DNA of 64,000 bases from Macrostomum lignano (lineage: Eukaryota): positions 1-64,000 of the forward strand of contig NIVC01001482.1 of the NCBI GenBank assembly GCA_002269645.1, given 5' to 3'. The notes below the pieces were generated by a model. It saw only the letters and a list, made by a program, of their open reading frames with translations. It did not search any database and was not told the DNA's origin. The translations under genes and the position numbers were made by a program. Below, in pieces: positions 50,494 to 63,494 of this stretch (its first letter is position 1; each line of letters begins with the position of its first letter).

Positions 50494-52232
50494 GTGAAAG
50501 AACAGACGTATGATACGAAGATGCATGCGGAAGAGTAGATAGGTGAGAGAGCAGAGAACAATTACGAAGAGGCGCAGTCAATATTGGGAAGAATTGAGAG
50601 TTGAGATATTTCTTACAATTGTTCTGAATCATAAAAATTTGATTGGCACACGAGGTCAGAGCTAAGATGGATTCAAGGTTGTCCAAAATTTCTCCATTTT
50701 TGCCTAAAAAATCTCGCGTACTTTTTTACAGCACCTGCAACTGCTGAGTTCATTAATTAATCGTCGGAGTGAGGGTAATTAAGAGAGTCGCGAGCTCTGC
50801 CGCAGTTTAACCAGCCTAATTAGGAGACTTTTGTCAGGAAATTTCCGCAAAAGTATTGCAGCCTTCGGCATTTTCTCTTTCATGAGGGAGTCTTTTGTGC
50901 AGTGCTGCGTCAGACAAAGGCAGACCATGCGGTAGTTGCCCTGGATTGCCCCTGAGCCTTGGGAGAGCATTGGGAGAGCATTGGGAGAGCACTATGCGGG
51001 ACACACATGAGCACACAAAGAGCAAATGCACTCCTCTAGCCGCTCAACAAGCTGATTTTGGCTTTATCGATTTGTGCCCAATGCTCAACTGATATTGGAA
51101 GCGCGCGGCCCGGAGTCGCGGAGGGAGTTGAGAGCAGAGGAGAGAAAGTAGAGACACTAACAGTTGCTCAGGTGTTACAAGCGAGATCTGAAGCTTTCTC
51201 CTCTCGAGTATTGGTGGAAATTGTAGAACTAGAATAGAAAAGGCTCAGAGTGCACTCTGGAATAAGAGATTTCGCCCTGCCTGGCTGGCCATCCTCCTCT
51301 CGTCAACTCGCCCTCGCCGTTTCGCCACTCGAAACCGGAGGTGCTCCCCCCTGTTTGCCTCATTTGTAGGCGAGAAGAATTAATGACTGCGAAAACGAAG
51401 GCAAGAGCCAGCTACTCAAAAACCCTACCGGCTTGCAGAAGCAACACCAAACCTACCTTGCTCCCGACGTCAGGGCGAAGATGAACTCCTGCCTGTTGGG
51501 AGTGTTGTAAAAACACACAACTGCCAGTTTGCCGAGATGAGGAAGGGATGAGAGGAGAGACGGGCACTCTGCTATACCTGTGTCAACAATGGGAGCTGGA
51601 AGGCATCGCCAGGCACAAATAACCCATGCTTTTCTGGGGCAGAGTTATTCGCAGAGGGACATGGGAATAAAAGTTCCTGCTTGTGAAAATATGAAACATG
51701 TATTTTCATCATTACTTCTATAAAGAAAGCAAATTTACAAAAACTAGCTAGAGAGTTGGCTCGATGCTCAGAAACCGAACGAGTAGAAGAAGGATTTAAA
51801 CAGAAAATTGGCATTACAAAAGCGCACAATGTGAGAAGGCAAAAAAGCTGATAACTTATTACAATCGCCCTTAGGTTTAGCAGATTCAGGGAGTTGCCAA
51901 ATCTGGTGGACGCAGCGTACCAAATCAGATCATCAAGAAAGCAAGCCGGCAACACACAGAAATACTTGGTTTGTTAGAAAACAGGCCGTGGGTCTGTGCA
52001 AAATACTACGAGTTACAAAGCTTATTGATGCTCACGCGCAGGAGTTCCGTCAGGTTTGAGCTTTGCTTGTCAAAGGGGGAATTTGAGAGAACAGTTGTCA
52101 GAGTCAAAAGGGGGGAGAGACAGGCGAAAGATAATGAATGGGATGAGGAATAGGGGATGCTGCAGTATTGCTGTGTACAGCTTGAGAGTGGATGCTGGAA
52201 CAGAAGCTGGACGTGAAAGACGAGCTCCCGTG

Positions 52233-53576
52233 TCACACCTGACTGCAGAGGCCTTCAAGTTGGTCACCTGGCTGCATTGGCTGCGGCAGCGATGGGTAGG
52301 AGCCGGATCTCAGGTGCTGCTGCTGCTGCTGCTGCTGCAACTCGTAGTAATCATAGTGATCCTGCTTGGCTGCCGCCGGCTGCCTGCTGAGGCTGGCGAA
52401 GGGGCTGCGGCTCAGCAGGATGTCGGGCACACCGTAGGGATCTCCGCCCATGGCAGCCGCGGAGGCGCCGGTGCCGTAGCCGGCGGGCGGCGGCGGCAGG
52501 ACGGGCACGCCGGGCAGCGGCCGGCCGTACGGGTCGGTCTGTTGGTGCTGGTAGAACTCGGCGGGGCCCCCGGCAGAAGCCGACATGTCCGATTGGTTGC
52601 CGAACAGGCAGCCGAGCATCGGGTAGTCCTCGTAGTTGCTCTGCCGGCTTGGTGCCCGCGGCTGCTTGTTCACCCGGGCGTAGTCGTCGTTGAGGCCGAT
52701 CTGCAGCGACGTCACCACCGAGCCCTGCTGCTGCTGTTGCTGACCATTCAGCCGGCTGGCCTCGATGCCGCTGTCCGAGGAGGTGTTCTGGCTGGAGCCT
52801 GGCGAGCCCGGTATGGTCTCGTGCCGGTCCTTGAAGGTTACCCGGTTGCCGCTGCGGCTGCGCGCGAGCAGGGCGTTCCGCTTCAGGCTGCCGCTCGCGG
52901 CGGCGGAGCTCAACTGGGCTGAGTTCCTGCGCACCTGGTACTTCACCAGGCCTGCCTGCCTGTCCAGGGTGCCGTTGGCGCCGCCGCAGGTGTAGGAGCT
53001 CTCGCTGGCATTGTCAACCTGCTCTGAGACGGTGGGTATCATCGAGACCGGCTGCATATCGCTCGAGATGCCCCTGTGCATGAACACGTACTGGTTGCTC
53101 TTCTTGCTGAGGTCGGATCCCGCCGAGCTGGGCGGCGATCTTCGCTCCTGGGGCATCGAGGCTGACGACGGCTGGCCCGGCTGCTGGCGCTGGCCCTGAT
53201 AGTCTGCGGAGACCTTCTCCGGGAATTCCAGCTCGAGGCGGATGTTGAACTGCCAGACGGGCCGGCAGCAGAGGGCCAGCCAGGCCGCGATCCATATCAG
53301 CAGGCAGGCACCGGCGGAGACCGCGGCAGCGAGCAGGATCGGCTCCTGGCGCGAGTGGTAGAGGCTGAGCCAGTCCCAAAGCACGGGGGCTTTGCACAGC
53401 GCCGCCGCCAGCATGAGCAGCAATCCGAAGATGAGGTTCGCATTGCTCGCACAGCAGGCCGCGCCGTCGATGCTGCCGACTCCAGCGCCGCTGCTGCCGT
53501 TGGAGCGCTCGCTGCTGCCCGACGATGACGCCTCCAGCTGCAGATAGTGCCGGTACTTGCGCAAGTTGTTCAGTAC
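52233..53576 (-). CDS. Tincar-like membrane protein, terminal exon
   Basis: acgcag|VLNNLRKY..., two hydrophobic segments (LIFGLLLMLAAALCK; ILLAAAVSAGACLLIWIAAWLAL), then a long S/P/Q-rich tail ending in SQV and TGA. Confidence 0.85.
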   Translation of the reverse strand, partial: VLNNLRKYRHYLQLEASSSGSSERSNGSSGAGVGSIDGAACCASNANLIFGLLLMLAAALCKAPVLWDWLSLYHSRQEPILLAAAVSAGACLLIWIAAWLALCCRPVWQFNIRLELEFPEKVSADYQGQRQQPGQPSSASMPQERRSPPSSAGSDLSKKSNQYVFMHRGISSDMQPVSMIPTVSEQVDNASESSYTCGGANGTLDRQAGLVKYQVRRNSAQLSSAAASGSLKRNALLARSRSGNRVTFKDRHETIPGSPGSSQNTSSDSGIEASRLNGQQQQQQGSVVTSLQIGLNDDYARVNKQPRAPSRQSNYEDYPMLGCLFGNQSDMSASAGGPAEFYQHQQTDPYGRPLPGVPVLPPPPAGYGTGASAAAMGGDPYGVPDILLSRSPFASLSRQPAAAKQDHYDYYELQQQQQQQHLRSGSYPSLPQPMQPGDQLEGLCSQV

Positions 53577-53757
53577 CTGCGTGGGTGATACGCATTGGTG
53601 CGTGTATCCATGGTAACCATTTGACCCGAAAGCTTATAGACAATGAGTTACATCTCGCCACTCCTCATTCAGGGGACACAAAGTGGATCCCATGTCAATC
53701 TAAGCCACTTATCAGAACTCAACTAAATTTTATGAAACACGGGACATCTCAGCTCAC

Positions 53758-54122
53758 CTGAGCATAGCCAAACTCGAAAAAGGCCCCACTAGCCAGCAGC
53801 AGCAGCATGGAACCAACGGAGTCCAGCGCTAGCGTCGCAGCCGGTGGAATTTTGAGCACGACGGACTCAGTTGAGCCAACTGTCGCGGCCTTGTACAGCA
53901 CGGATGTGGCTTCGTAGGCGAGGAAAGTGTGCAGGCCGGAGGCGCATACGACCACGGAGAACAGCAGGGAGAACACTCGGTTGGAGAACCAGAACACTGA
54001 CGGGTAGCGGACGGTGAGAATAGCCAGAGCCAGCAGCAAGTTGAAGACCTCGGTGGAGACCGGGTGAGTGGCTGTGGCCGTCGGTTGAATCACAAAGTCC
54101 AAGTCAGTCCGCCAGATTTGGT
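53758..54122 (-). CDS. Tincar-like protein, middle exon
   Basis: ccgcag|(D)QIWRTDLDFV resembles Drosophila tincar QIWATELDFV. Also encodes EVFNLLLALAILTVRYPSVFW. Donor |gtgagc. Confidence 0.85.
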
Positions 54123-54171
54123 CTGCGGAGTTGAGATTTGGTCTACATGTAGGTTTTAGGAGTTTCACAAG

Positions 54172-54438
54172 ACCTAGTAGAGCGTCGGACTCATGACTAG
54201 AAGGTCGGGGGTTCGATTCCCGATCCCACTGGAACAATTTTTGTCCTTGAGCGAGACCCTTAGCTCTGCTGTAAAATGGGAGCCAGCATTGGCTGTGTGT
54301 GGCGACCCCCCAGTGTTTTGACTGAACAGCCGTACGCAGCCTTCAGATGCGCCGCGCAATAGCTGCGACTGAGCTGTCGGTTGCACATCTGGCCATATTT
54401 GAGCAGGTGTAATCAATTATTATTATTATTATTATTAA
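54172..54438 (+). mobile_element. tRNA-derived SINE with CORE-like central domain and (TTA)n tail
   Basis: tRNA-like head (loop CTCATGA; B-box GGTTCGATTCC at 54210-20), then CCTTGAGCGAGACCCTTAGC...TGTAAAATGGG resembling the MIR/CORE motif, then (att)n at 54416-37. Confidence 0.65.
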
Positions 54439-57400
54439 AGGATCTAAATGTAACCGCAGCATCCACTTGCTGATTGGTGAAATAATTATAAATTTGGTCA
54501 ACTGAAGTTTAGTAGAATGACATATTGACTCGTGGGTAAGAGTAAATCAAATCCGCCCTTTGAAGCATTCGCTCAGACATTCCATCACTGTTTCGGTAGG
54601 CAAGCGCGCGGTCTTTGTCGCGGCAGGATAAGTCTGAATCTGCAGCCAGGTACGAGATAGGAATGGTAGGAGAGGCAAGACCAGCGCCTTAGATCTGCTA
54701 AATGCCCCTTCCACTCGATTTCTATAAGACCTTCTGGGATGATGAGAGGAGGGGAGGGATAACCCCAATAACCTCGCTTTAGTGATGCTTAATCCCCACC
54801 ATTGCTGACTGATCCCCGCCGCTGATTCCCAGAGGTTGAGGGGGAAGCCCGCGTCTCTTTCTTCTCCATGGCCGCCAGACTCCGATGAAGCGCCGCTTAT
54901 CACCACGGCCTCCGGTCCTGACAGTGATGGGATTCATCCCTCCCCGAAGCTCCGCCGCCCCCCCCCACGGGTTTAGCAAGCTTAGCTTAGCAACAATCAA
55001 CGGAATGCGCCGGCCGGCATCCCCTCCCCAGGGCTGCTGACAGTTTTAAGATCCCCCAGGCCCCCCCCCCCCCAACTGCCGGAGGTTCCGCACAGCCGCG
55101 TGCCTGCCTGGCTGAATTTCAAATTTGTAGAGCGCCAAAAGAATTCAAAGAATTGAAAGTTTCCAGAGTTGGAAGTTGGTGTGCTGGGAGTTTTATGATG
55201 GGAGTCGCCTCCCCCCCCATCGCGTCATCCTCCCGGGCCCAGCGCTGCCCGTCAAGCTCCATTGTTCCGCCTCCAAAATTCAAGCTACGAGTATTATCCC
55301 CCATTAAATTAGAATCCCCAAAAAGACGCCATCGAGCGTGACTACCTGTTTGGCTTGGCTCTTCCCACCCCCCCTAAACTTCTTCCCACAACTCTGACTG
55401 GCTTGGCCTGGAGTTTTCACTTTCTTTTTTGAATATTCAAAGCAGAGTCTCAATAGAGGAAGAGAATGGGGGTGGGGAGGGGACAGAGCAACTGAAAGCT
55501 GTGGAGTCCCTTCTGTCCAGTAAAGTCTTGGTTGAGCAGTTGTTTGCCGCGGACCGTCCGTCCCCTGGGCTGCTGGGCTGTTCCGGTTGAACTCCGTATA
55601 GTGAAGCATATGGCTGTATGCCGTAAAAACTTGAGCTGGTTCAACCCTTACTAGCCTATCTCTTTACCTTCATAAAATTTATACTGGGAATGACCTGCTG
55701 GTCCATTATTATCTCTCTGCCGTGCAAATTTCCTGCATTATAGAGGCTGGAATTTCATCCCGCCTAGGGAAGATCAAGGATTGAGAGCAATCAAGATCAA
55801 GAAATTACAGTCAAGCTACCGATATGTATCGAAAGCTATACTTTATTAGAAATCCAAGCGATTCTATAGTCAAACTCGATAGCTACTCAGAAGCGACTCC
55901 ACCCCAAAAAAAACTAGGCTGACTAACTCCCTTGACTCGAAGCTGGGTCATGACTGGCCATTACGCTTTTACGACTTCACGCTTCTCTTTGCACAGCCCA
56001 GCAGACAGCCAGCTGGCCTCCTGTTCTGGGCAACAGAGACCGAGGTGCAGGCAGGGTCACAAATGCATTAATTTGCCGACGAGGCCGGCCAGATAATGCG
56101 AGCTATGCAAACTATATCTGGGACTGGCTGAACCTGCATTAGCTACAACAACAGCAGTCCCTACGAGGGGATAACTTCCCTGCAAAGTAAAAGTTATTCC
56201 TCGGAATTGGGGGGGGGGGAACAAAGAGCGGCCCACCAGCAAACCAAGAGCTGCACGAGCGGTGATTGCGCATAAACCGCGGCGGCTGCCCGTCATTAAT
56301 TTCAACCCCCCCCCCCGACCCCCGGAGGCGCCGGAATCGGCAAACGGGATCACATCCCTAATCCCTGGCCCACTCAGATCATCCCGACTGGCTCTGCCCG
56401 CTGGTGCTCCGTGTCTCAATCGATTGCGTAATCTCACCGCCCCGCACTCGGGCGTGTCTCAGCCTTGGCCACAATGACCTCCCCTTCCCCAACGATCCTC
56501 TGTCGCTGTGCGCCCCGATCTCTGCCTGCCATTGCCGGGCCCTGCAGGCTTTTGAGTCAACTATAGGTGAGTATCTTTATTTCTATTGAGAAGCTTCCGG
56601 CCTGCTCAAGCTACTGTCCTATATAGCCACAGGGGTTCGGGAGGCTGCAATTGATGAGGATCGAGACAGACAGAGAAGCACAGGCAGTGCAGGTGTGTAA
56701 TTTATAGAAACCGATGACGAATCGCGTTAGTTTCTGAAGCGATATGGCGGTCGTTAGGTAAATAACAGAGTTAGGTCTAGGTGTGAGATTTTATGGAGAC
56801 ATACTCATGCACACACTCGATGCCTTATGGAGTTGGGCCTCATTAATAATTTGCGTTAATCCCTCTCAGTGCCTCGGTGATCCGCTTCATCTCTGAATAG
56901 AAACAGATTACTAAAGTTACTAAATACTCAGCATCTGGCTATTATATTATTAAATCTGTGTTTATGACGGCTAGAAAGTAAAATAAACAAACACACTTAG
57001 GCGTGACAGTAGTTACCATAACTGCGAGTTGTAGGCAGTCAGTCAGGCTATGCTCAAGTTTTAGTATGGCAAAAAAGTTGAATTTCTCACACATTCCCTC
57101 CCTACCCCCCCCCCCCTCTCTCGATCTCGGAGTCACTGCGGCGCAAATGCCCTACTCTTGTAGCCTTTTTCTACTATCACCCACATGCATAAGCTGTTCG
57201 ATTTCAGTCATTTAGCTACAGATAAGGCCAAAACTTATCTAAACCGAACGACAATATGTTTGTCGCCGACTATGAAATTCACTGCACGCATTTTACTGTT
57301 TCGGATTCTTTCATTCATTTTCAGTGTTGGCTGGCTGTGAGTCATCGAGGTGTAGGCATGGGTGGAAGGTAATCATTTTTTTTTCACCGCACGGTGCAGG

Positions 57401-58477
57401 TCACACAGCGCTTCAGCATTCGGTGCTATTGACCTAAGCTGGCTCTGTTGCCAACCCGACTGCCGGTGACCCCCTGACCCAACAGACTTGACAAAGCAGC
57501 GCCCATGTATTACAGTCGCTGCAGCGCTCAGTCTCAGGGGAGAATGCTGAGTCAAACTCTCTGTTCTGAGGGCTGGGTAGGCATAACAATTCAATTAATT
57601 ACGCAACACTTTTTGCACGGTAAGAGAGAGTAGAGAGTGAATTCCAGTTGTGATGAAGAGGAAAGCATATAGGAAGGTAACAAGCGACCGCTTCTCAATC
57701 CACTTGATAAACTCGGGCTTGTCAGTCAGACAGTCAGTGAAGCAGTCAGTCAGTCTCCGCTGCATCGACATCAGACCCTGGCCCTGTCACCGAGAGCTCA
57801 GCCATCCAGCTGCTCAAAATCCATGCCGTTGATAGCCAAAGAAACTCTCCCTTTTCTGCATGCAGAGACTGCATCAGTGTTCTCTCTCAGTCAGTCAGTC
57901 AGTCAGTCAGGTAGACAGACAGGTTCCTGATCAATGCTAGCTGAAATGTTCCCATCTCCCAGCCCCCCAATGCATCTGCCATAGCACACAGAGGAAGCTA
58001 AATACCCCCACTAAAATGCCATTTCTGTTATTTTAAGTCCCCGTGCTCCTAAAATTTTATTTTGCTTAATGGATCAGAAAACAGGGACACATTTAGTCTT
58101 GCCTAATTTGGTGACAAAGTCTGACAACTGCTGCGTGTCCTGCATGGAAGCAACTTTTCATGGGAATGATTTTTTTATAAATACATGCAGCCTTTTAATG
58201 CTTATCAACGATGTGAGTTGTACAATTTCTTCCTTGGTTGGGAATTTCTTTACAATTCTGGCACCTGTAGGCAGTCGGCTAATTTTGGGCAACCAACGAC
58301 ATAACAGAATCGTTCGTCATGAAGGCTTGCCAGAACCCGCCCCCCCCCCCCGATCTACTGACATCGTTAAACAGATTCTTTAAAAAACATTCTCTATCAG
58401 GTAAAAAGGTGCAAGATTGAAACAAATGGCACTCCCCAAACAATGACACTGTCTCACAAAAATTGCACTCAATCTCA

Positions 58478-58795
58478 TAGTGGCACTCTATCAGACAAAA
58501 GAGGCACACTATCAGACAAAAGAGGCACACTATCAGACAAAAGAGGCACACTATCAGACAAAAGTGGCATTCTGTCAGACAAAAAGTGGCACTCTGTCAG
58601 ACAAAAGTGGCACACTATCAGACAAAAGTGGCACTCTATCAGACAAAAGTGGCACTCTGTCAGAACAAAATGGCACTCTGTCAGAACAAAATGGCACTCT
58701 GTCAGACAAAAGTGGCACTCTGTCAGAACAAAATGGCACTCTGTCAGACAAAATCGGCACTCTATCAGACAAAATTGGCACTCTTTCAGACAGAA
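58478..58795. repeat. 21-bp minisatellite next to the tincar-like donor site
   Basis: Unit gtggcactctgtcagacaaaa. Confidence 0.92.
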
Positions 58796-58807
58796 GTCAC
58801 GCCTCAC

Positions 58808-59282
58808 CTTTCGCCAGCTGCTCCCGGTGAATCTCCTCAGCCTCCAGCACCGGCATCGGCAGCAGCAGACAGAGCGACATCAGCAGGTGCAGCGCGCTGG
58901 TGTACGGCACAAAGTGGCGCAGTAGTCGCGATAGGCAGGCGCCACAGCCCACGACGCCTTCGGCCACGTCAACGGCGGCCACGCGGAGGCTGTCGCGATC
59001 GCGCCCGACCTGCACGCCGTCCTCGGCGAAGTTGTCAGTCTTCAGGAAGGCCGAGTACAGGAACAGCGGCAGCATCAGGGCGGCAGCGATGGCCCCGGCC
59101 AGGTGGAAATTCATGGGGCCCATGGGCCATTGCTCGCGCAGAGCCCGGCTCCTGAAGGCGGAGTAGCGCTGGAAGCTGGCGTGCAGCAGGAAGCCGTGTA
59201 CAGCCAGGATGAGCAGCGCGTACCAGACTCGCCACAGCCGGTCAACCTTGGCCCTGCGGCACAGGCCTTTGCCGTTGGGCAT
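58808..59282 (-). CDS. Tincar-like protein, first coding exon
   Basis: MPNGKG...LWRVWYALL...FLKTDNFAEDG...ALHLLMSLCLLLPMPVLEAEEI resembles tincar VWSIWYG / FKVGNLANDG / VHIVIALCLLLPRLLLEARII (recalled, not searched). Donor G|gtgagg. The start may lie further upstream. Confidence 0.8.
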
Positions 59283-59899
59283 TGCTACCGCTATCTAATT
59301 AGCACAATTATTGAATATTATAACTGCTATACTGGCTTCTCGATCAGTGAATGCTCTCAGTTCTGGTGAATTGATGAAGCATTACAGAGTCACCTGTGTT
59401 TCTGATAAAAATCTGAATCTGGCTCTCTCTCTCTCGATCTGTTGTCGCTAGACTTCAGTCCCAGCTAATAATAGGTAGGTGGCTGAGGAGGTGGAGGCTT
59501 GTCGAGCTCTCCCTTATTGGAACAGCTTGAATGGAGGGAGTCGGCTGCTGTACAACTGCAGAGGGGCAACGGGGGGGTGAGAGATCCGTGTGAAGCTCCC
59601 CCACCTTCCAGCCAATGACAGGCTGCCTGCCGTGTGACTCTGAGCGGAGCAAGCCTCAAAATAATTATTAGCCAGAGTTTGAATTCTGCCCGAGCAGATT
59701 TTATACTACTAACACAATTGCTGATAAGTAGTGAACATAGTATATTTTTTGTGACGCGTCTTTTCAGGAATCGAAGTTCATGGTTGAATCGCTGGGACTT
59801 GCTGGGACTCGCCGTCAGTTTTGCAAAGTTGCACGAGAATGCAATGTTACACAGGTTTTCAAGTATTTTATTATCCTTTGTCAATACATCAGATTCTTA

Positions 59900-60784
59900 A
59901 TCCACCTGTCTGTCTCTAATATATCGCTCATTAACCCACCTGTCTATCTCTAATCCATCGGATTAATCCACCTGTCTATCCCAAATCCATCACTCATTAA
60001 TCCACCTGTCTATATCAAATCCATCTCTCATTAATCCACCTGTCTATCTCAAATCCATCTCTCATTAATCCACCTGTCTATCTCAAATCCATCTCTCATT
60101 AATCCACCTGTCTATCTCAAATCCATCTCTCATTAATCCACCTGTCTATCTCAAATCCATCTCTCATTAATCCACCTGTCTATTCTCAATCTATCGCTCA
60201 ATAACCCACCTATCTCAAATCCATCTCTCATTAATCCACCTGTCTATTCTCAATCTATCGCTCATTAACCCACCTGTCTATTCTCAATCTACCGCTCATT
60301 AACCCACCTATCTCAAATCCATCGCTCATTAATCCACCTGTCTATCTCAAATCCATCTCTCATTAATCCACCTGTCTATCTCAAATCCATCACTCATTAA
60401 TCCACCTGTCTATCTCAAATCCATCTCTCATTAATCCACCTGTCTATCTCAAATCCATCTCTCATTAATCCACTTGTCTATCTCAAATCCATCGGATTAA
60501 TCCACCTGTCTATCTCAAATCCATCTCTCATTAATCCACCTGTCTATCTCAAATCCATCTCTCATTAATCCACCTGTCTATTCTCAATCTACCGCTCATT
60601 AACCCACCTGTCTATTCTCAATCTACCGCTCATTAACCCACCTATCTCAAATCCATCGCTCATTAATCCACCTGTCTATCTCAAATCCATCGCTCATTAA
60701 TCCACCTGTCTATCTCAAATCCATCGCTCATTAATCCACCTGTCTATCTCAAATCCATCTCTCATTAATCCACCTGTCTATCTC
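59900..60784. repeat. 34-bp minisatellite
   Basis: Unit aatccacctgtctatctcaaatccatctctcatt. Confidence 0.95.
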
Positions 60785-60904
60785 CCCACTCTCCACCTTT
60801 CCCTTCGCCTCTCCTGATCCCAATTGAGTTCTCGGCAATTCACACACAGCACGAGTTCAGAGTCCAGCATCTGCTCATCCGTGCTCAATGCCCAGTCAGC
60901 CAGT

Positions 60905-61203
60905 CTACGGCAGCATCAGCCGCTTGATCTTCAAGCTGTGTCGCCCAGCTCGTCGTCGCCTCCTCGTTGAGGGCGGCGCCGCACCGGTGGTCGCCGGCGC
61001 TTCCGGCCGGCCGTCACCGGATCCGAAATCGGCGTCCCCCCACTCGTCGTCGCCGCTGCCGGCGCCCCAGCCGGAGCCCAGCTGCTGCTGCTGCTGGCCA
61101 GCCATGGTCGGTCGCCACGTGCCGCCGCCCGTCCCGACGCCGCCGGGACCGCCCGGTGTTGTCAGAGTCCCCAGCCGGTCGCGATCCGTCGTCGATGAGC
61201 CGC
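60905..61203 (-). CDS. Probable terminal exon of the Ig-domain gene
   Basis: Phase-1 acceptor ggcacttcag|GC matches the phase-1 donor at 63495. Encodes a G/Q-rich tail ...RRRRRAGRHSLKIKRLMLP then TAG. Confidence 0.55.
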
Positions 61204-61364
61204 CTGAAGTGCCAGTCGAGGCCATCTCTTCAAAACTTCACTGGATCTGAGTCCCGACCAAGGACCACTAGAAGTTACTTTTGTGCTTTGGGTCTTGGCC
61301 CTCAAGGCTGTAAATCGCATGAAAAGCCCCTTCCTCTAGGCCAAATTTGTGCAATTTGGTGCAT

Positions 61365-63480
61365 CAACTACTCAATCTTGAGCTGGAGATCCCAGATCCT
61401 CAATGCACAGCCTCTCCGCATCATCTACTCAATCTTGAGCTGGAGAACCCAGATCCTCAATGCACAGCCTCTCCGCATCATCTACTCAATCTTGAGCTGG
61501 AGAACCCAGATCCTCAATCCACAGCCTCTCCGCATCATCTATCCAATTCTTGAGCTGGAGAACCCAGATCCTCAATGCACAGCCTCTCTGCATCGACTAC
61601 CCAATCTTGAGCTGGAGATCCCGGATCCTCAATGCACAGCCTCTCCGCATCATCTATCCAATTCTTGAGCTGGAGAACCCAGATCCTCAATGCACAGCCT
61701 CTCCGCATCATCTACTCAATCTTGAGCTGGAGAACCCAGATCCTCTCAATGCATAGCCTCTCTGCATCATCTACTCAATCTTGAACTGGAGATCCCAGAT
61801 CCTCAATGCACAGCCTCTCCCCATCATCTACTCAATATTGAGCTGGGGATCCCAGATCCTCAATGCACAGCCTCTCCGCATCATCTACTCAATCTTGAGC
61901 TGGAGATCCCAGATCCTCAATGCACAGCCTCTCCGCATCATCTACTCAATCTTGAGCTGGAGATCCAAGATCCTCAATGCACAGCCTCTCCGCATCATCT
62001 ACTCAATCTTGAGCTGGAGAACCCAGATCCTCTCAATGCACAGCCTCTCAGCATCAACTACCCAATCTTGAACTGGAGATCCCGGATCCTCAATGCACAG
62101 CCTCTCCGCATCATCTACTCAATCTTGAGCTGGAGAACCCAGATCCTCAATGCACAGCCTCTCCGCATCAACTACCCAATCTTGAGCTGGAGATCCCGGA
62201 TCCTCAATGCACAGCCTCTCTGCATCATCTACCCAATCTTGAGCTGGAGATCCCAGATCCTCAATGCACAGCCTCTCTGCATCAACTACCCAATCTTGAG
62301 CTGGAGAACCCAGATCCTCAATGCACAGCCTCTCTGCATCATCTACCCAATCTTGAGCTGGAGATCCCAGATCCTCAATCCACAGCCTCTCCGCATCAAC
62401 TACCCAATCTTGAGCTGGAGAACCCAGATCCTCAATGCACAGCCTCTCTGCATCATCTACTCAACCTTCACAGCCTTGAGCTGGAGAACCCAGATCATCA
62501 ATGCACAGCCTCTCCGCATCATCTACTCAATCTTGAGCTGGAGATCCCAGATCCTCAATGCACAGCCTCTCCGCATCATCTACTCAATCTTGAGCTGGAG
62601 ATCCCAGATCCTCAATCCACAGCCTCTCCGCATCAACTACCCAATCTTGAGCTGGAGATCCCAGATCCTCAATCCACAGCCTCTCCGCATCATCTACCCA
62701 ATCTTGAGCTGGAGATCCCAGATCCTCAATCCACAGCCTCTCCGCATCAACTACCCAATCTTGAGCTGGAGATCCCAGATCCTCAATCCACCGCCTCTCC
62801 GCATAATCTACTCAATCTTGAGCTGGAGATCCCAGATCCTCAATGCACAGCCTCTCCGCATCAACTACCCAATCTTGAGCTGGAGAACCCAGATCCTTAA
62901 TGCACAGCCTCTCCGCATCATCTACTCAATCTTGAGCTGGAGATCCCAGATCCTCAATGCACAGCCTCTCCGCATCAACTACCCAATCTTGAGCTGGAGA
63001 TCCCAGATCCTCAATCCACAGCCTCTCCGCATCAACTACCCAATCTTGAGCTGGAGATCCCAGATCCTCAATCCACAGCCTCTCCGCATCATCTACTCAA
63101 TCTTGAGCTGGAGATCCCAGATCCTCAATGCACAGCCTCTCCGCATCATCTACTCAATCTTGAGCTGGACTCTCTGCATCATCTACTCAACCTTTACAGC
63201 CTTGAGCTGGAGAACCCAGATCCTCAATGCACAGCCTCTCTGCATCATCTACTCAATCTTGAGCTGGACTCTCTGCATCATCTACTCAACCTTCACAGCC
63301 TTGAGCTGGAGAACCCAAATCCTCAATGCACAGCCTCTCCGCATCATCTACTCAATCTTGAGCTGGAGAACCCAGATCCTCAATGCACAGCCTCTCTGCA
63401 TCATCTACTCAATCTTGAGCTGGAGAACCCAGATCCTCAATCCACAGCCTCTCTACATCATCTACTCAATCTTGAGTTGG
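61365..63480. repeat. 57-bp minisatellite (~2.1 kb), intronic
   Basis: Unit actcaatcttgagctggagatcccagatcctcaatgcacagcctctccgcatcatct. The 19-codon period explains the 529-aa ORF. Confidence 0.96.
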
Positions 63481-63494
63481 GGGGTCCAGCTCAC

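Noticed and set aside
52056-53661. Antisense and alternative-frame ORFs over the tincar-like exon (288 aa +, 215 aa -)
   Set aside because: Shadow ORFs of GC-rich coding sequence.
60905-61225. Independent 106-aa ORF or tincar first exon
   Set aside because: It ends in TAG without a convincing matching donor. It is better explained as the terminal exon of the Ig gene via the acceptor at 61203, though a uORF is not excluded.
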